Made by a program: the position numbers and the translations under genes
Source of the DNA: Halarcobacter sp.
Lineage (GTDB): Bacteria; Campylobacterota; Campylobacteria; Campylobacterales; Arcobacteraceae
NCBI GenBank assembly: GCA_963676565.1
Contig: OY781089.1
Span: 2,848,001-2,912,000, forward strand
Length of the DNA stretch: 64,000 bases
Direction of reading: 5' to 3'
Part shown: piece after piece, positions 1-9,936 of the stretch
Layout: every line of letters starts with the position of its first letter
Numbering within the stretch: the first letter of the stretch is position 1
Notes under the pieces: model-generated
Told to the model about the DNA's origin: nothing
The model's input: only the letters and a program-made list of their open reading frames with translations
Database searches by the model: none

Positions 1-3000
1 TTTAAACCACCGTCTGTTTGAACATGAACGAACTCTCTTAAGTGATTAGCCTTAAGCGCATTATGTGCTTCAGAAAGACCCATTTCCCATGGATTACCAG
101 TGTGTTTGATAGATGTTAAAGGAGCAGCTCCAGTACCACCATCAGCACCTGAAATTACAATTCTATCAGCATATGCTTTTGCAACACCTGCTGCGATTGT
201 TCCAACACCAATAGTTGATACAAGTTTTACAGTAATTTTAGCTTCAGGATTAATTTGTTTTAAGTCAAAAATCAATTGAGCTAAATCTTCAATAGAATAG
301 ATATCATGGTGTGGTGGAGGCGAAATAAGTGTAACACCTTCAACAGTATGTCTTAAGCTTGCAATTAGTGCTGTAACTTTGTGACCTGGTAATTGACCAC
401 CCTCACCTGGTTTAGCACCTTGTGCAACTTTAATTTGAATCTCTTCTGCACTTCTTAAATATCCTGGAGTTACACCAAATCTACCAGAAGCAACTTGTTT
501 AATTTTAGAATTTTTTAGTGTTCCAAATCTAGCTGGGTCTTCACCACCCTCACCAGAGTTACTCATACCACCAATTGTATTCATAGCCATTGCCATAGCT
601 TCATGAGCTTCAGGAGAAATTGAACCACATGACATAGCTGCTGTTGCAAATCTTTTGAAGATATCTTCTATTGATTCAACTTCAGATACATCAATAGCTT
701 CTCTATCTGAATTAAATTCAAAGAAATCTCTAATAAATTTTTTATCTCTGTTTGCAACAAGGTCTCTTAATGTATCAAAATCAGAAATATCTTCTTTATT
801 TGCTGCTTTTTTATTATGCATTGCATTAGTTGTTGCTGGTCCATAATCATGGTATTCACCACCATTTGTATATTTATAGAAACCACCTAAATCTAATGGG
901 AACATATGTTTATCATCAAAATAAGCATTAAAATGTTGTTTTTCAATTCTAGCTTCAATATCTTCATATGTTAATCCAGCTAAATCTGAATGTGAACCTG
1001 AAAAACAATCATTTACAATCTCATCACTTAAACCAATAATATCAAATAATCTTGAGTTTCTGTATGATGCAACTGTAGAAATACCCATTTTTGACATAAT
1101 TTTTAAAAGTCCAGCATTCATAGCTTTTTGTGTATTTTTTAGAAGTCTTTGCATCTCATATTTAGAGATCTCTTTTCTTTCATATAAAGCAACTGTTGAT
1201 GTATACATCATATAAGGACAAATAGCAGTAGCCCCATATCCTATTAAAACTGCTGCCATATGAGGATCATAAACTTCACCTGTTTGAGCTACAATTGATA
1301 CATTATGTCTAATTTTTTCTCTTATTAATGTTTCATTGATATATCCTACAGCCATAGCCATTGGAATAAGTTTATTATTTTCACTTACATCTTTATCATC
1401 TAAAATTACAACTGAAACATCATCTTCTTTAACAGCTTTTACAACATAAGAAGCCAATTTTTCTAATGATTTCTTTAAATCTTTTTTAAATGCTGTACTA
1501 AAAATTCTGTTTTTGTAGTATTTATCATATCTTGGAGATGTTGGCTCACCAAATGATCTTAAAACATCAAATTTTTCTTTCATTAAAATTGGAGATGCAA
1601 CTTTTAATCTTTTTGCATATTCTGGTTTTTCATCTAAAATATTATGAATATGACCAAACCCAGTTTCCAAAGACATTACAATCTTTTCTCTATATGGGTC
1701 AATTGGGGGATTAGTAACCTGTGCAAACTTTTGTCTAAAAAAGTCAGTAAAGTTTCTATTTACATTAGAAAAACATGCTAAAGGAGTATCATCCCCCATA
1801 GACCCAACTGGTTCTTTCCCATCTTTTGCCATAGGTTCAATAATTTGATCAATCACTTCATATGTGATATTATAGTATTTTTGTCTCTTTTCAACATCAT
1901 CAAATCTATATGCACTTGTATCTAAAAATGATTCATCAATATACTCTTGTAAATATTCCATATCATGGTTTAACCATTTACCATAGTTTTGAGAAGATTT
2001 TAAATAATCATTAATATCATCTTGTTTTAATACTTTTCCATGTTTAAGGTCAAGACCAATCATCTCTCCAGATTGTAGTCGCCCTCTTTCACTAATATTG
2101 TCTTCATCAATTGTTACAGTACCATATTCAGAAGTAATATATATTTTATGATTTTTTGTAATAACATATTTTGCTGGTCTTAAACCATTTCTATCAATTA
2201 AACATCCTATGTGTCTCCCGTCTGTTAAAGAAACAGCAGCTGGTCCATCCCATGCTTCCATTGCAGTTGATGTATACTCATAAAATGCTCTTAAATCTGA
2301 ATCCATATGTGGTGCATTTTGCCATGGTGCAGGAATTAAACTTCTTGCAGCTTTGAAAAAATCAAATCCATTTGCTAATAAAAATTCAAACATATTATCT
2401 AAAGATGCTGAATCTGAACCACTTGGTTGTAAAATTGGTAATAATCTATCAATCTCTTCATTTGTAAAAACTTCTGATTCAATTTGTTCAGATTTTATTT
2501 GAACATTTACTCTATTCCCTTCAACTGAGTTAATTTCACCATTATGTGCAATTGCTCTAAATGGTTGAGCTAGTCTCCATTGAGGTAAAGTATTTGTTGA
2601 AAATCTTTGGTGAAATAGTGCAAAAGAGATTTGGAAATCTTCATCTCTTAAATCAATATAAAAATGCTTAATGTGCGTAGGCATGATAAGCCCTTTATAT
2701 GCAATCACTTTTGACGAAAACGTAGGAATATAAAAATCTTTCTTGTCTATTAATTTGTGTTCACACTCTTTTCTTGTAAGATATAACATAGCTTCAAATC
2801 TTTTTGAAGACATTAAAGCATTTGCACTTACAAAAACTTGAACAATATGTGGTAAACTTTCAAGTGCTTGTTTTCCTAAAGCATCAGTATCAACCGGAAC
2901 TTTTCTAGTAAATAATACTTTTAAATCATTTTCTTCACAATATTCTTTAAACGTATCGATATCTTCTAAATCTTTTGCAAAAATCATAGCTACAGCGTAT

Positions 3001-3248
3001 TTTTCTGGTAAATCAACACCATTTTCATTAGCTATTTTTCTCATAAATTTATTTGGCATTGAAAGTAGAAGCCCTGAACCATCTCCAGTTTTTCCATCTG
3101 CTGCCACTGCACCCCTGTGCATCATTCGCTCAAGCGATGTTATAGCATCTTCTAAATTCTCATGACTTGGTCTGTTTTTCAAATCAGCAACTAGACCAAA
3201 ACCACAGTTGTCTTTAGAAGAAGTAAGTAAATCTAAATTACATCCCAT
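1..3248 (-). CDS. gltB: Glutamate synthase large subunit (partial, runs off left end)
   Basis: Hand translation from ATG 3248 (RBS AAGGA) gives MGCNLDLLTSSKDNCGFGLVAD...MMHRGAVAADGKTGDGSG, then FHQRFSTNT, AHNGEIN, EAWDGPA, SNSGEGGED and IKVAQGAKPGEGGQLPG. It is absent from the ORF track because it has no stop in the window. Confidence 0.97.
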   Translation of the reverse strand, partial: MGCNLDLLTSSKDNCGFGLVADLKNRPSHENLEDAITSLERMMHRGAVAADGKTGDGSGLLLSMPNKFMRKIANENGVDLPEKYAVAMIFAKDLEDIDTFKEYCEENDLKVLFTRKVPVDTDALGKQALESLPHIVQVFVSANALMSSKRFEAMLYLTRKECEHKLIDKKDFYIPTFSSKVIAYKGLIMPTHIKHFYIDLRDEDFQISFALFHQRFSTNTLPQWRLAQPFRAIAHNGEINSVEGNRVNVQIKSEQIESEVFTNEEIDRLLPILQPSGSDSASLDNMFEFLLANGFDFFKAARSLIPAPWQNAPHMDSDLRAFYEYTSTAMEAWDGPAAVSLTDGRHIGCLIDRNGLRPAKYVITKNHKIYITSEYGTVTIDEDNISERGRLQSGEMIGLDLKHGKVLKQDDINDYLKSSQNYGKWLNHDMEYLQEYIDESFLDTSAYRFDDVEKRQKYYNITYEVIDQIIEPMAKDGKEPVGSMGDDTPLACFSNVNRNFTDFFRQKFAQVTNPPIDPYREKIVMSLETGFGHIHNILDEKPEYAKRLKVASPILMKEKFDVLRSFGEPTSPRYDKYYKNRIFSTAFKKDLKKSLEKLASYVVKAVKEDDVSVVILDDKDVSENNKLIPMAMAVGYINETLIREKIRHNVSIVAQTGEVYDPHMAAVLIGYGATAICPYMMYTSTVALYERKEISKYEMQRLLKNTQKAMNAGLLKIMSKMGISTVASYRNSRLFDIIGLSDEIVNDCFSGSHSDLAGLTYEDIEARIEKQHFNAYFDDKHMFPLDLGGFYKYTNGGEYHDYGPATTNAMHNKKAANKEDISDFDTLRDLVANRDKKFIRDFFEFNSDREAIDVSEVESIEDIFKRFATAAMSCGSISPEAHEAMAMAMNTIGGMSNSGEGGEDPARFGTLKNSKIKQVASGRFGVTPGYLRSAEEIQIKVAQGAKPGEGGQLPGHKVTALIASLRHTVEGVTLISPPPHHDIYSIEDLAQLIFDLKQINPEAKITVKLVSTIGVGTIAAGVAKAYADRIVISGADGGTGAAPLTSIKHTGNPWEMGLSEAHNALKANHLREFVHVQTDGGL

Positions 3249-3505
3249 TATTATCCTTTTATAATATAACTCTTTATATTCCTGATAAAGTCACAAATAG
3301 TATCTAAAAAATGTTTAAAATGTGGTTAATGACAATTCATCAACTTAAATTAAACTTAAAAATAATATTTTAAATTTTAAATACCAAAATGCTATTCTAA
3401 TGCTATTCTAGCCAAGATTTTTTTCAAAATTTACATTTTTTGACATACTTTCTACACAACTTTTAATTATACTTTTTTCATAACCATATAACTTAAGGAG
3501 TGAAA

Positions 3506-4501
3506 ATGAAAAAATTTATGATTGGAGCGGTTGCAGCAGCAGTAGTTGCTACATCTGGGTTAGCAGCAGAATATACACTTAAATTCTCACACGTTGTAAG
3601 TGCTAACACACCAAAAGGTAAAGCGGCTGATTTCTTTGAAAAAAGACTTGAAGAATTATCAGGGGGAAAAATTGATGTTCAAGTTTATCCATCGTCGCAA
3701 TTATACAATGACAATGCGGTTGTTAAAGCATTAAGACTTAACTCAGTTCAAATGGCAGCACCATCATTTTCTAAATTTGGTAAAATCGTACCAAACTTAG
3801 CATTATTTGACTTACCATTTCTTTTTAAAGATATTGATCACTTACATAGAGTTCAAGATGGACCAGTAGGACAAAAACTTAAAGATATGGTTACTGCAAA
3901 AGGTATTGTAGCTTTAGATTTCTGGGATAATGGATTTAAACAATTCTCTTCATCAAAAAAAGCTTTAATTGAGCCAGCTGATGCAGAAGGTCAAAAATTC
4001 AGAATCATGTCTTCTAAAGTTTTAGAAGCTCAAATGAAAGCAGTTGGTGGTAACCCACAAATGATGCCATTCTCTGAAGTTTATTCAGGATTACAACAAG
4101 GTGTAATTGATGCAGCAGAAAATCCAATTTCAAACATCTACACTAAAAAATTTCATGAAGTACAAACTGACTTAACTATTTCAGATCATGGTTATCTTGG
4201 ATATTTAGTGGTAATGTCTAAAAAATTCTGGAAATCATTACCAGCTGATTTACAAGCAAATGTAAAACAAGCTATGAAAGAAGCAACAGCAAAAGAAAGA
4301 GAATATGCAAAAGCTTTAGAAGCTGAGCAATTCAATGAAATTAAAAAGTATGCAGAAGAAACTGGAAAATTAAAAATTCACACTTTAACAGCTGAGCAAA
4401 AAGATGCTTGGAGAAAAGCAGTGAGTAAAATCTACCCAGAATTTTATGATGATAAATCAATTGGTAAAGATCTAATTGAAGGTGCATTAAACACTAAGTA
4501 A
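3506..4501 (+). CDS. dctP: TRAP transporter solute-binding protein (DctP family), copy 1
   Basis: Signal peptide; LKFSHVV..TPKGKAA, FRIMSS and EVYSGLQQGVID motifs. ATG 3506 preferred (AAGGAG at 3495-3500). Confidence 0.95.
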   Translation: MKKFMIGAVAAAVVATSGLAAEYTLKFSHVVSANTPKGKAADFFEKRLEELSGGKIDVQVYPSSQLYNDNAVVKALRLNSVQMAAPSFSKFGKIVPNLALFDLPFLFKDIDHLHRVQDGPVGQKLKDMVTAKGIVALDFWDNGFKQFSSSKKALIEPADAEGQKFRIMSSKVLEAQMKAVGGNPQMMPFSEVYSGLQQGVIDAAENPISNIYTKKFHEVQTDLTISDHGYLGYLVVMSKKFWKSLPADLQANVKQAMKEATAKEREYAKALEAEQFNEIKKYAEETGKLKIHTLTAEQKDAWRKAVSKIYPEFYDDKSIGKDLIEGALNTK

Positions 4502-4509
4502 ATTTCCCT

Positions 4510-4538
4510 TAAAACCATCGGTTTCACCGATGGTTTTA
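4510..4538 (+). terminator. Intrinsic terminator hairpin after dctP1
   Basis: TAAAACCATCGGT-TTC-ACCGATGGTTTTA perfect inverted repeat. Confidence 0.85.
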
Positions 4539-4714
4539 CTTAAACAAAATCTTCTTAAAATCCCATTAACTACCGAAAAACCTTATAAATAAAAAATCTA
4601 TTTTTTACTAAAAGTAACATGGTAAAATAAATTTGTGAATTTATTTTTATCTACATAATAGCTACATAACTTTTAATTATAATCGTTATATGTATACAAA
4701 AAAGGAGACGATTT

Positions 4715-5770
4715 ATGACAACTACAGTTAAAGGATTCCTATCCAGTGTTGCTGTTACATCAATACTTCTGTTTAATGGGTGTACTGACAATGAAAAGGA
4801 AAAAATTCTAAAAACAAAACCTCTAGTTCAAAAGGGTGAGTACGTTTTAAAATTTTCCCATGTGGTAAGTCCAAATACACCCAAAGGTAAGGCAGCTAAC
4901 TATTTTGAAAAAAGGTTAGAAGAACTTACAGAAGGAAGAATTGATGTTCAAGTCTATCCATCTTCTCAGTTATACAAAGATAATGCCGTACTAAAAGCTT
5001 TAAAACTTGATTCAGTACAAATGGCAGCACCATCTTTTTCAAAATTTGGTAAAATAGTACCACAATTGGCATTATTTGATTTACCATTTCTTTTTAAAGA
5101 TATGTATCATCTTCACAGAGTTCAAGATGGAGTTGTAGGACAGAAGCTAAAAGATATGGTTTCCTCAAAGGGTTATATAGCATTAAACTTTTGGGATAAT
5201 CATTTCAAACAGTTATCTTCTTCTAAAAAACCTTTAATTAAGCCAGAAGATGCTGAAGGTCAAAAGTTTAGAATTATGTCTTCAAAAGTTCTTGAAGCAC
5301 AATTCCATGCAGTGGGGGCGAATCCACAAATGATGCCTTTTTCTGAAGTTTATTCAGGATTACAACAAGGCGTAATAGATGGTCAAGAGAATACAATCTC
5401 TAACATCTACACAAAAAAGTTTCACGAAGTTCAAAAATATCTAACAATAACTAATCATGGTTATTTAGGATATTTAGTAGTTATGAGTGAAAAGTTTTGG
5501 GCTAGCTTACCAAAACAGTTGCAAGAAAAAGTTGTTATTGCTATAAATGAAGCAACACAAAAAGAAAGAGAGTATGCTGAAGAGTTAAATGCACAACAAT
5601 TTAACCAAATTAAGGAGTATGCACAAAAAACTGGTGAGTTAGAAATTATTCAACTAACTAAAGAGCAAAAGGATGCTTGGAGAAAAGCTGTAAGTAAAAT
5701 CTATCCTGATTTTTATGATGAAAATCAAATTGGAGAAGATTTAATTAAGGGCGCATTAGCCACGGAGTAG
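4715..5770 (+). CDS. dctP: TRAP transporter solute-binding protein (DctP family), copy 2, probable lipoprotein
   Basis: Close paralogue of copy 1 with an N-terminal extension containing lipobox-like LLFNGC. Confidence 0.93.
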   Translation: MTTTVKGFLSSVAVTSILLFNGCTDNEKEKILKTKPLVQKGEYVLKFSHVVSPNTPKGKAANYFEKRLEELTEGRIDVQVYPSSQLYKDNAVLKALKLDSVQMAAPSFSKFGKIVPQLALFDLPFLFKDMYHLHRVQDGVVGQKLKDMVSSKGYIALNFWDNHFKQLSSSKKPLIKPEDAEGQKFRIMSSKVLEAQFHAVGANPQMMPFSEVYSGLQQGVIDGQENTISNIYTKKFHEVQKYLTITNHGYLGYLVVMSEKFWASLPKQLQEKVVIAINEATQKEREYAEELNAQQFNQIKEYAQKTGELEIIQLTKEQKDAWRKAVSKIYPDFYDENQIGEDLIKGALATE

Positions 5771-5774
5771 GATT

Positions 5775-6404
5775 ATGGGGATTATTTTTAAAGTAATTAG
5801 TAAAATAATTGGGTTTATTAACCAAACAATTGCAGCAGTTGGTATCAGTGCTGGTGTTGCAATTGCGTTTACAAATGTTGTAGCAAGATATGCATTTGAT
5901 GCATCTCTAGTTTGGGCTACTGAGTTGACAATTTTTTGTTTCTTATGGAGTGTATTTTTTGCAGCAGCATATTGTTTCAAAAAAGATGCACACATTGCAA
6001 TTACAATTGTTTTAGATGCGGTTCCAAGTAGAGTTGCAAAAATCATGTTATTAATTTCACATTTAGTAACATTTATTTTCTTATGTGCAGTTTCATACTA
6101 TGGTTATGAGTATTTACTATTAGTTATTGATTTAGATGAAAGATCAATTGACCTTTGGGATATGCCAATGTGGATTCCATATTTAGTTATCCCAATTGCC
6201 TTTGCATTTGCTGCTTATAGAGTTGGTGAGAGAATTCATGTAATTTTATCAACTTCTCATGACAAAATTTTAAAAGAGAGTGAAGCAGAACATGTATTAG
6301 CTGAGATGGGTATAGGTGCTAGAAGAAATAAAGACAATGAAAATGTTCAAGAATTAAACAAAATGGTTAAAGAAGTAGAAAAGAAAACAGGAGGATTACT
6401 ATGA
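5775..6404 (+). CDS. dctQ: TRAP transporter small permease
   Basis: Four TM segments; NVVARY..WATEL..HIAIT motifs; operon position. Confidence 0.93.
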   Translation: MGIIFKVISKIIGFINQTIAAVGISAGVAIAFTNVVARYAFDASLVWATELTIFCFLWSVFFAAAYCFKKDAHIAITIVLDAVPSRVAKIMLLISHLVTFIFLCAVSYYGYEYLLLVIDLDERSIDLWDMPMWIPYLVIPIAFAFAAYRVGERIHVILSTSHDKILKESEAEHVLAEMGIGARRNKDNENVQELNKMVKEVEKKTGGLL

Positions 6405-7681
6405 GTGTAGCTGTATTATTTGGGATATTTTTCTCACTAGCTGTATTAGGAACTCCTATTGCTATTTGTTTAGGTGCTGCTACATTTGCAACACTTATGT
6501 TATTTACGCCTATTTCTCCTATTGAAATATCTGCAATGATATTTGAAAAAGTTGAACACTACTCACTTATGGCGATTCCAATGTTTATCTTTGCTGGTAA
6601 CCTTTTATCAAAAGGATCTGCTGCTCAAAGGATTATTGAATTTGCTAAATCTTGTGTAGGACACTTACCTGGTGGTCTTCCAATCTCTGCTATTTTTGCA
6701 TCTATTATTTTTGCTGCAGTTTCTGGTTCATCTCCAGCTACGGTTGTTGCTATTGGTTCTATTATGTTTGGAGCAATTATGCAAGCTGGTTACCCTAAAA
6801 GATATGCTGTTGGTACTATTGCTACTGCTGGTTCTTTAGGTATTCTAATCCCACCATCAATTGTACTAATTGTATATGGTGTAACAGCAGAAGTTTCGAT
6901 TGGTAAACTATTTATGGCTGGTGTAATCCCAGGACTTATGCTTGGTATTATGATGATGATTGTAACTTATATTGGTGCTAAAAGATTAGGTTTTGAAAGA
7001 ACTGAACCACAACCATTAAAAGTTAGACTAGCTAAAATGAAAGATGCTTCTTGGGGATTAATGACAATAGTTATTGTTATTGGTGGTATCTATGGTGGTA
7101 TTTTTACCCCAACTGAAGCAGCTGCAGTTGCTTGTGTATGGGCATTTATTGTATCTGTGTTTATTTATAAAGATATTCAAATTTCAAAAATTTATATTAC
7201 AGCTTTAGAATCTGCAAAAACAACTGCAATGATTATGTTCATTATTGCAAATGCGATGTTATTTGCTCACTTCTTAACAATTGAGAATATTCCTCAACAT
7301 ATTACAGAAGCATTAGTTGAAGCAAATGTAAATAAATATATGTTCTTATTAATGGTTAACTTACTTCTAATTTTAGCTGGTTCATTCATGGAACCATCAG
7401 CTATTATTATGATTATGGTACCGTTATTACTTCCTGTTGCAGTTGCACTTGGAATTGATCCAATTCACTTTGGTATCTTAATTACAGTTAATATGGAGCT
7501 TGGAATGGTGTCCCCACCTGTTGGTCTGAATTTGTTTGTAACATCAGGACTTACTGGTATGAGTATAAAAGATGTTATTGTAGCCGCATGGCCTTGGACA
7601 TTAACAATCTTAGTAGGTTTAATACTAATCACGTATATACCTTCAATCTCATTATTCTTACCAAATCTAATGTTTGGATAA
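6401..7681 (+). CDS. dctM: TRAP transporter large permease
   Basis: LMAIPMF, GSLGILIPPS, FTPTEAA, GIDPIHFG and PPVGLNLFV motifs. Confidence 0.96.
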   Translation: MSVAVLFGIFFSLAVLGTPIAICLGAATFATLMLFTPISPIEISAMIFEKVEHYSLMAIPMFIFAGNLLSKGSAAQRIIEFAKSCVGHLPGGLPISAIFASIIFAAVSGSSPATVVAIGSIMFGAIMQAGYPKRYAVGTIATAGSLGILIPPSIVLIVYGVTAEVSIGKLFMAGVIPGLMLGIMMMIVTYIGAKRLGFERTEPQPLKVRLAKMKDASWGLMTIVIVIGGIYGGIFTPTEAAAVACVWAFIVSVFIYKDIQISKIYITALESAKTTAMIMFIIANAMLFAHFLTIENIPQHITEALVEANVNKYMFLLMVNLLLILAGSFMEPSAIIMIMVPLLLPVAVALGIDPIHFGILITVNMELGMVSPPVGLNLFVTSGLTGMSIKDVIVAAWPWTLTILVGLILITYIPSISLFLPNLMFG

Positions 7682-7687
7682 GATCCT

Positions 7688-7717
7688 AATAAAATAGGGT
7701 TAAAACCCTATTTTATT
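7688..7717. terminator. Bidirectional terminator between convergent dctM and nosL-like gene
   Basis: AATAAAATAGGGTT-AA-AACCCTATTTTATT. Confidence 0.8.
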
Positions 7718-8309
7718 TATTTTCTTTTAAAATTTCTCTTTTTATCATAGGATGTAATAAAGTTTCTCCTCTTAAAGCAAACTTTACTATATCATTATAT
7801 TCATATATCTCTTTTGTTGTATTTCTATTTGAACTAAAATTGCCAAATTGTGATTCGATTTGAGAATTTGTAACAGCACTATTCATTGCACCCATAGAGG
7901 TTTCATAGGCACCAAAACCGTAACCTAATGGTGTTGCTTCATCTCTTACATACCAAGCATAATCTGCATCTATATAAAGACCTGTATCGTGTGTATAAAC
8001 ATATTTTTTAACTTCACCTTTAAAATCTTGTTTATCAAGCCATCTAATCATACAACCAACATCATCAAAGACATAGACATTTCCATTAGATGTTATAACT
8101 TGAGCAGAGTTTTTATATGTTTTTAGCATCATGTCACAATCATTGCAAATATATCTATTGTTATAAGTTTCTAAAACTATTCTATATGGTTCATTTATAT
8201 TTTTATGTCCATATTCAACTTTTATATCTTCTCTAGTATCTCTATTGTAACTAGCTATAACAATTGATAAAACAATTAAAAATAGATAAGGAAAAGTTCT
8301 TCTAATCAT
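7713..8309 (-). CDS. NosL-like periplasmic metal (copper)-binding protein
   Basis: CxxCxM (CNDCDM), FDDVGCM, IDAxxAWYV and TPLGYG motifs of the NosL family. Confidence 0.7.
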   Translation of the reverse strand: MIRRTFPYLFLIVLSIVIASYNRDTREDIKVEYGHKNINEPYRIVLETYNNRYICNDCDMMLKTYKNSAQVITSNGNVYVFDDVGCMIRWLDKQDFKGEVKKYVYTHDTGLYIDADYAWYVRDEATPLGYGFGAYETSMGAMNSAVTNSQIESQFGNFSSNRNTTKEIYEYNDIVKFALRGETLLHPMIKREILKENK

Positions 8310-9259
8310 AGAAAAACTCCATTTTCAATGTAATAGCAAATAACATAATATGAACAAATCATTACAAAAATAAAATTAAATATTGAACTATATTTGAAAT
8401 AAGATACATCTTTAATTTTTATAATTGATTCAACTACATATCCACAAACACCAAAGAAAACACCTAAAAACAAACTAATCCAAATAAAATACCCTACAAA
8501 ATAATACTCTTTTTGAAGAAGACAAAATGGGCACTGATGATTTGGTAAAACATATACATAAATTCCAAAAAAGTATGTTACTGCATAATAAGAGATAAAT
8601 AAAAATGAAATATTTAGTAAAAAACTAATCACTATTTTTTTTAAATAGTTTACAATGATTATTGCAAAAAAACATATATAAAATAAAGCAACTAAATATG
8701 GCATCTCTAAATCAAATGGTATTTGATCAAATTTAAACATAGTTGAACAACAAAAAACAGGAACTTTTAAAGGAATATCATTAAAAAACAATAGTTCTAA
8801 AACTAATTCAATTACCACTAAAACAAGTAAAAAATTAAAAAGTATATATTTATTTTTTATATACAAAAATCTTTTAGATTGTAAATCAAGTCTATTAATT
8901 ATAAGCCAAACAGCAAGTAAAAAAACTATAAATATTTTAAATAAAAGTAAAATATTTCCATAATCATTTGCTCCTATTACACCAGCAACACACATAGCTC
9001 CTGGAACTACATGTCTTAGTTCATCTAAAGCTTTTACAAAATAAATAAATAAAATAATCTTAGAAACAATTGTAAAATTTATAATAGTATTAACTAAATA
9101 GTTTCTTTTTTCTAAATTATATTGTAAAGAAGTCGTAACAGAAAAATCCCATTTTCTTAGGATTTTTATAACAGAATATTCACTAATTATCATCAATCCT
9201 ACTAATATTATTTCAATAAATAAAAATACGATTATGTCATTTAGTAAAAATATATCCAT
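8306..9259 (-). CDS. Cys-rich integral membrane protein
   Basis: Multiple TM helices; VPGAMCxAG, FCCS and HQCPFC motifs. Confidence 0.75.
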   Translation of the reverse strand: MDIFLLNDIIVFLFIEIILVGLMIISEYSVIKILRKWDFSVTTSLQYNLEKRNYLVNTIINFTIVSKIILFIYFVKALDELRHVVPGAMCVAGVIGANDYGNILLLFKIFIVFLLAVWLIINRLDLQSKRFLYIKNKYILFNFLLVLVVIELVLELLFFNDIPLKVPVFCCSTMFKFDQIPFDLEMPYLVALFYICFFAIIIVNYLKKIVISFLLNISFLFISYYAVTYFFGIYVYVLPNHQCPFCLLQKEYYFVGYFIWISLFLGVFFGVCGYVVESIIKIKDVSYFKYSSIFNFIFVMICSYYVICYYIENGVFL

Positions 9260-9936
9260 TATTCTAAGCTTCCATCTTTTATATCTATATATCTATCTAC
9301 AAAATCAAGATTTTCAAAAAGTGAATCGTGAGTTGCTACTATAACTGTTTTCTTTAAACTTTTAAATTTTTCTAACATCTCAATAAAAATTAAAGAGTTA
9401 AACTTATCTAAATTTGCAGTTGGTTCATCGGCTAAGATAATTGATGGATTCATAACTAAAGCTCTTGCTATTGCACATCTTTGTTTTTCACCACCACTTA
9501 AACTTTCAATATTTTGTTTTGCTTTATGGGAGATATTTGCAATCTTTAAAGCTGTATTTATTTTCTTATCCAATTCCTCTTTTTTAAAACTACTTAAAAC
9601 CAGAGGGCTTAAAACATTTTCATAAGTTGTTAATCCGCTAATTAAATTAAAAGATTGAAAAATAAAACCAATCTCTTTATTTCTATATTGTGAGACATAA
9701 ATATCAGGAAGTTTTGAGATGTTTTCATTGTTTATAATAACATCCCCTGAAGTTGGTTTTGTAAGACCTGCAACTATAGACAAAAGAGTACTTTTACCAC
9801 TTCCACTTTTACCCCTTAAAATTATCATCTCCCCATCATTTACTGTTAAATTTATATCTTTTAAGGCATTAAATTGATTTTGTTTAGTTTCATTGTAAAT
9901 TTTGTTTAAATTTTTTAATTGAATTTTTTTCATCAT
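9259..9936 (-). CDS. ABC transporter ATP-binding protein (LolD/MacB-like)
   Basis: GKSGSGKS, LSGGEKQR, ILADEPTANLD, VATHD. Confidence 0.93.
   Translation of the reverse strand: MMKKIQLKNLNKIYNETKQNQFNALKDINLTVNDGEMIILRGKSGSGKSTLLSIVAGLTKPTSGDVIINNENISKLPDIYVSQYRNKEIGFIFQSFNLISGLTTYENVLSPLVLSSFKKEELDKKINTALKIANISHKAKQNIESLSGGEKQRCAIARALVMNPSIILADEPTANLDKFNSLIFIEMLEKFKSLKKTVIVATHDSLFENLDFVDRYIDIKDGSLE

Noticed and set aside
655..2356. Short plus-strand ORFs at 655, 1532 and 2171
   Set aside because: Antisense shadows of gltB. The same applies to the other short antisense or nested ORFs in the track (e.g. 5756, 10006, 16928, 18679, 24675, 26188, 29461, 56730).
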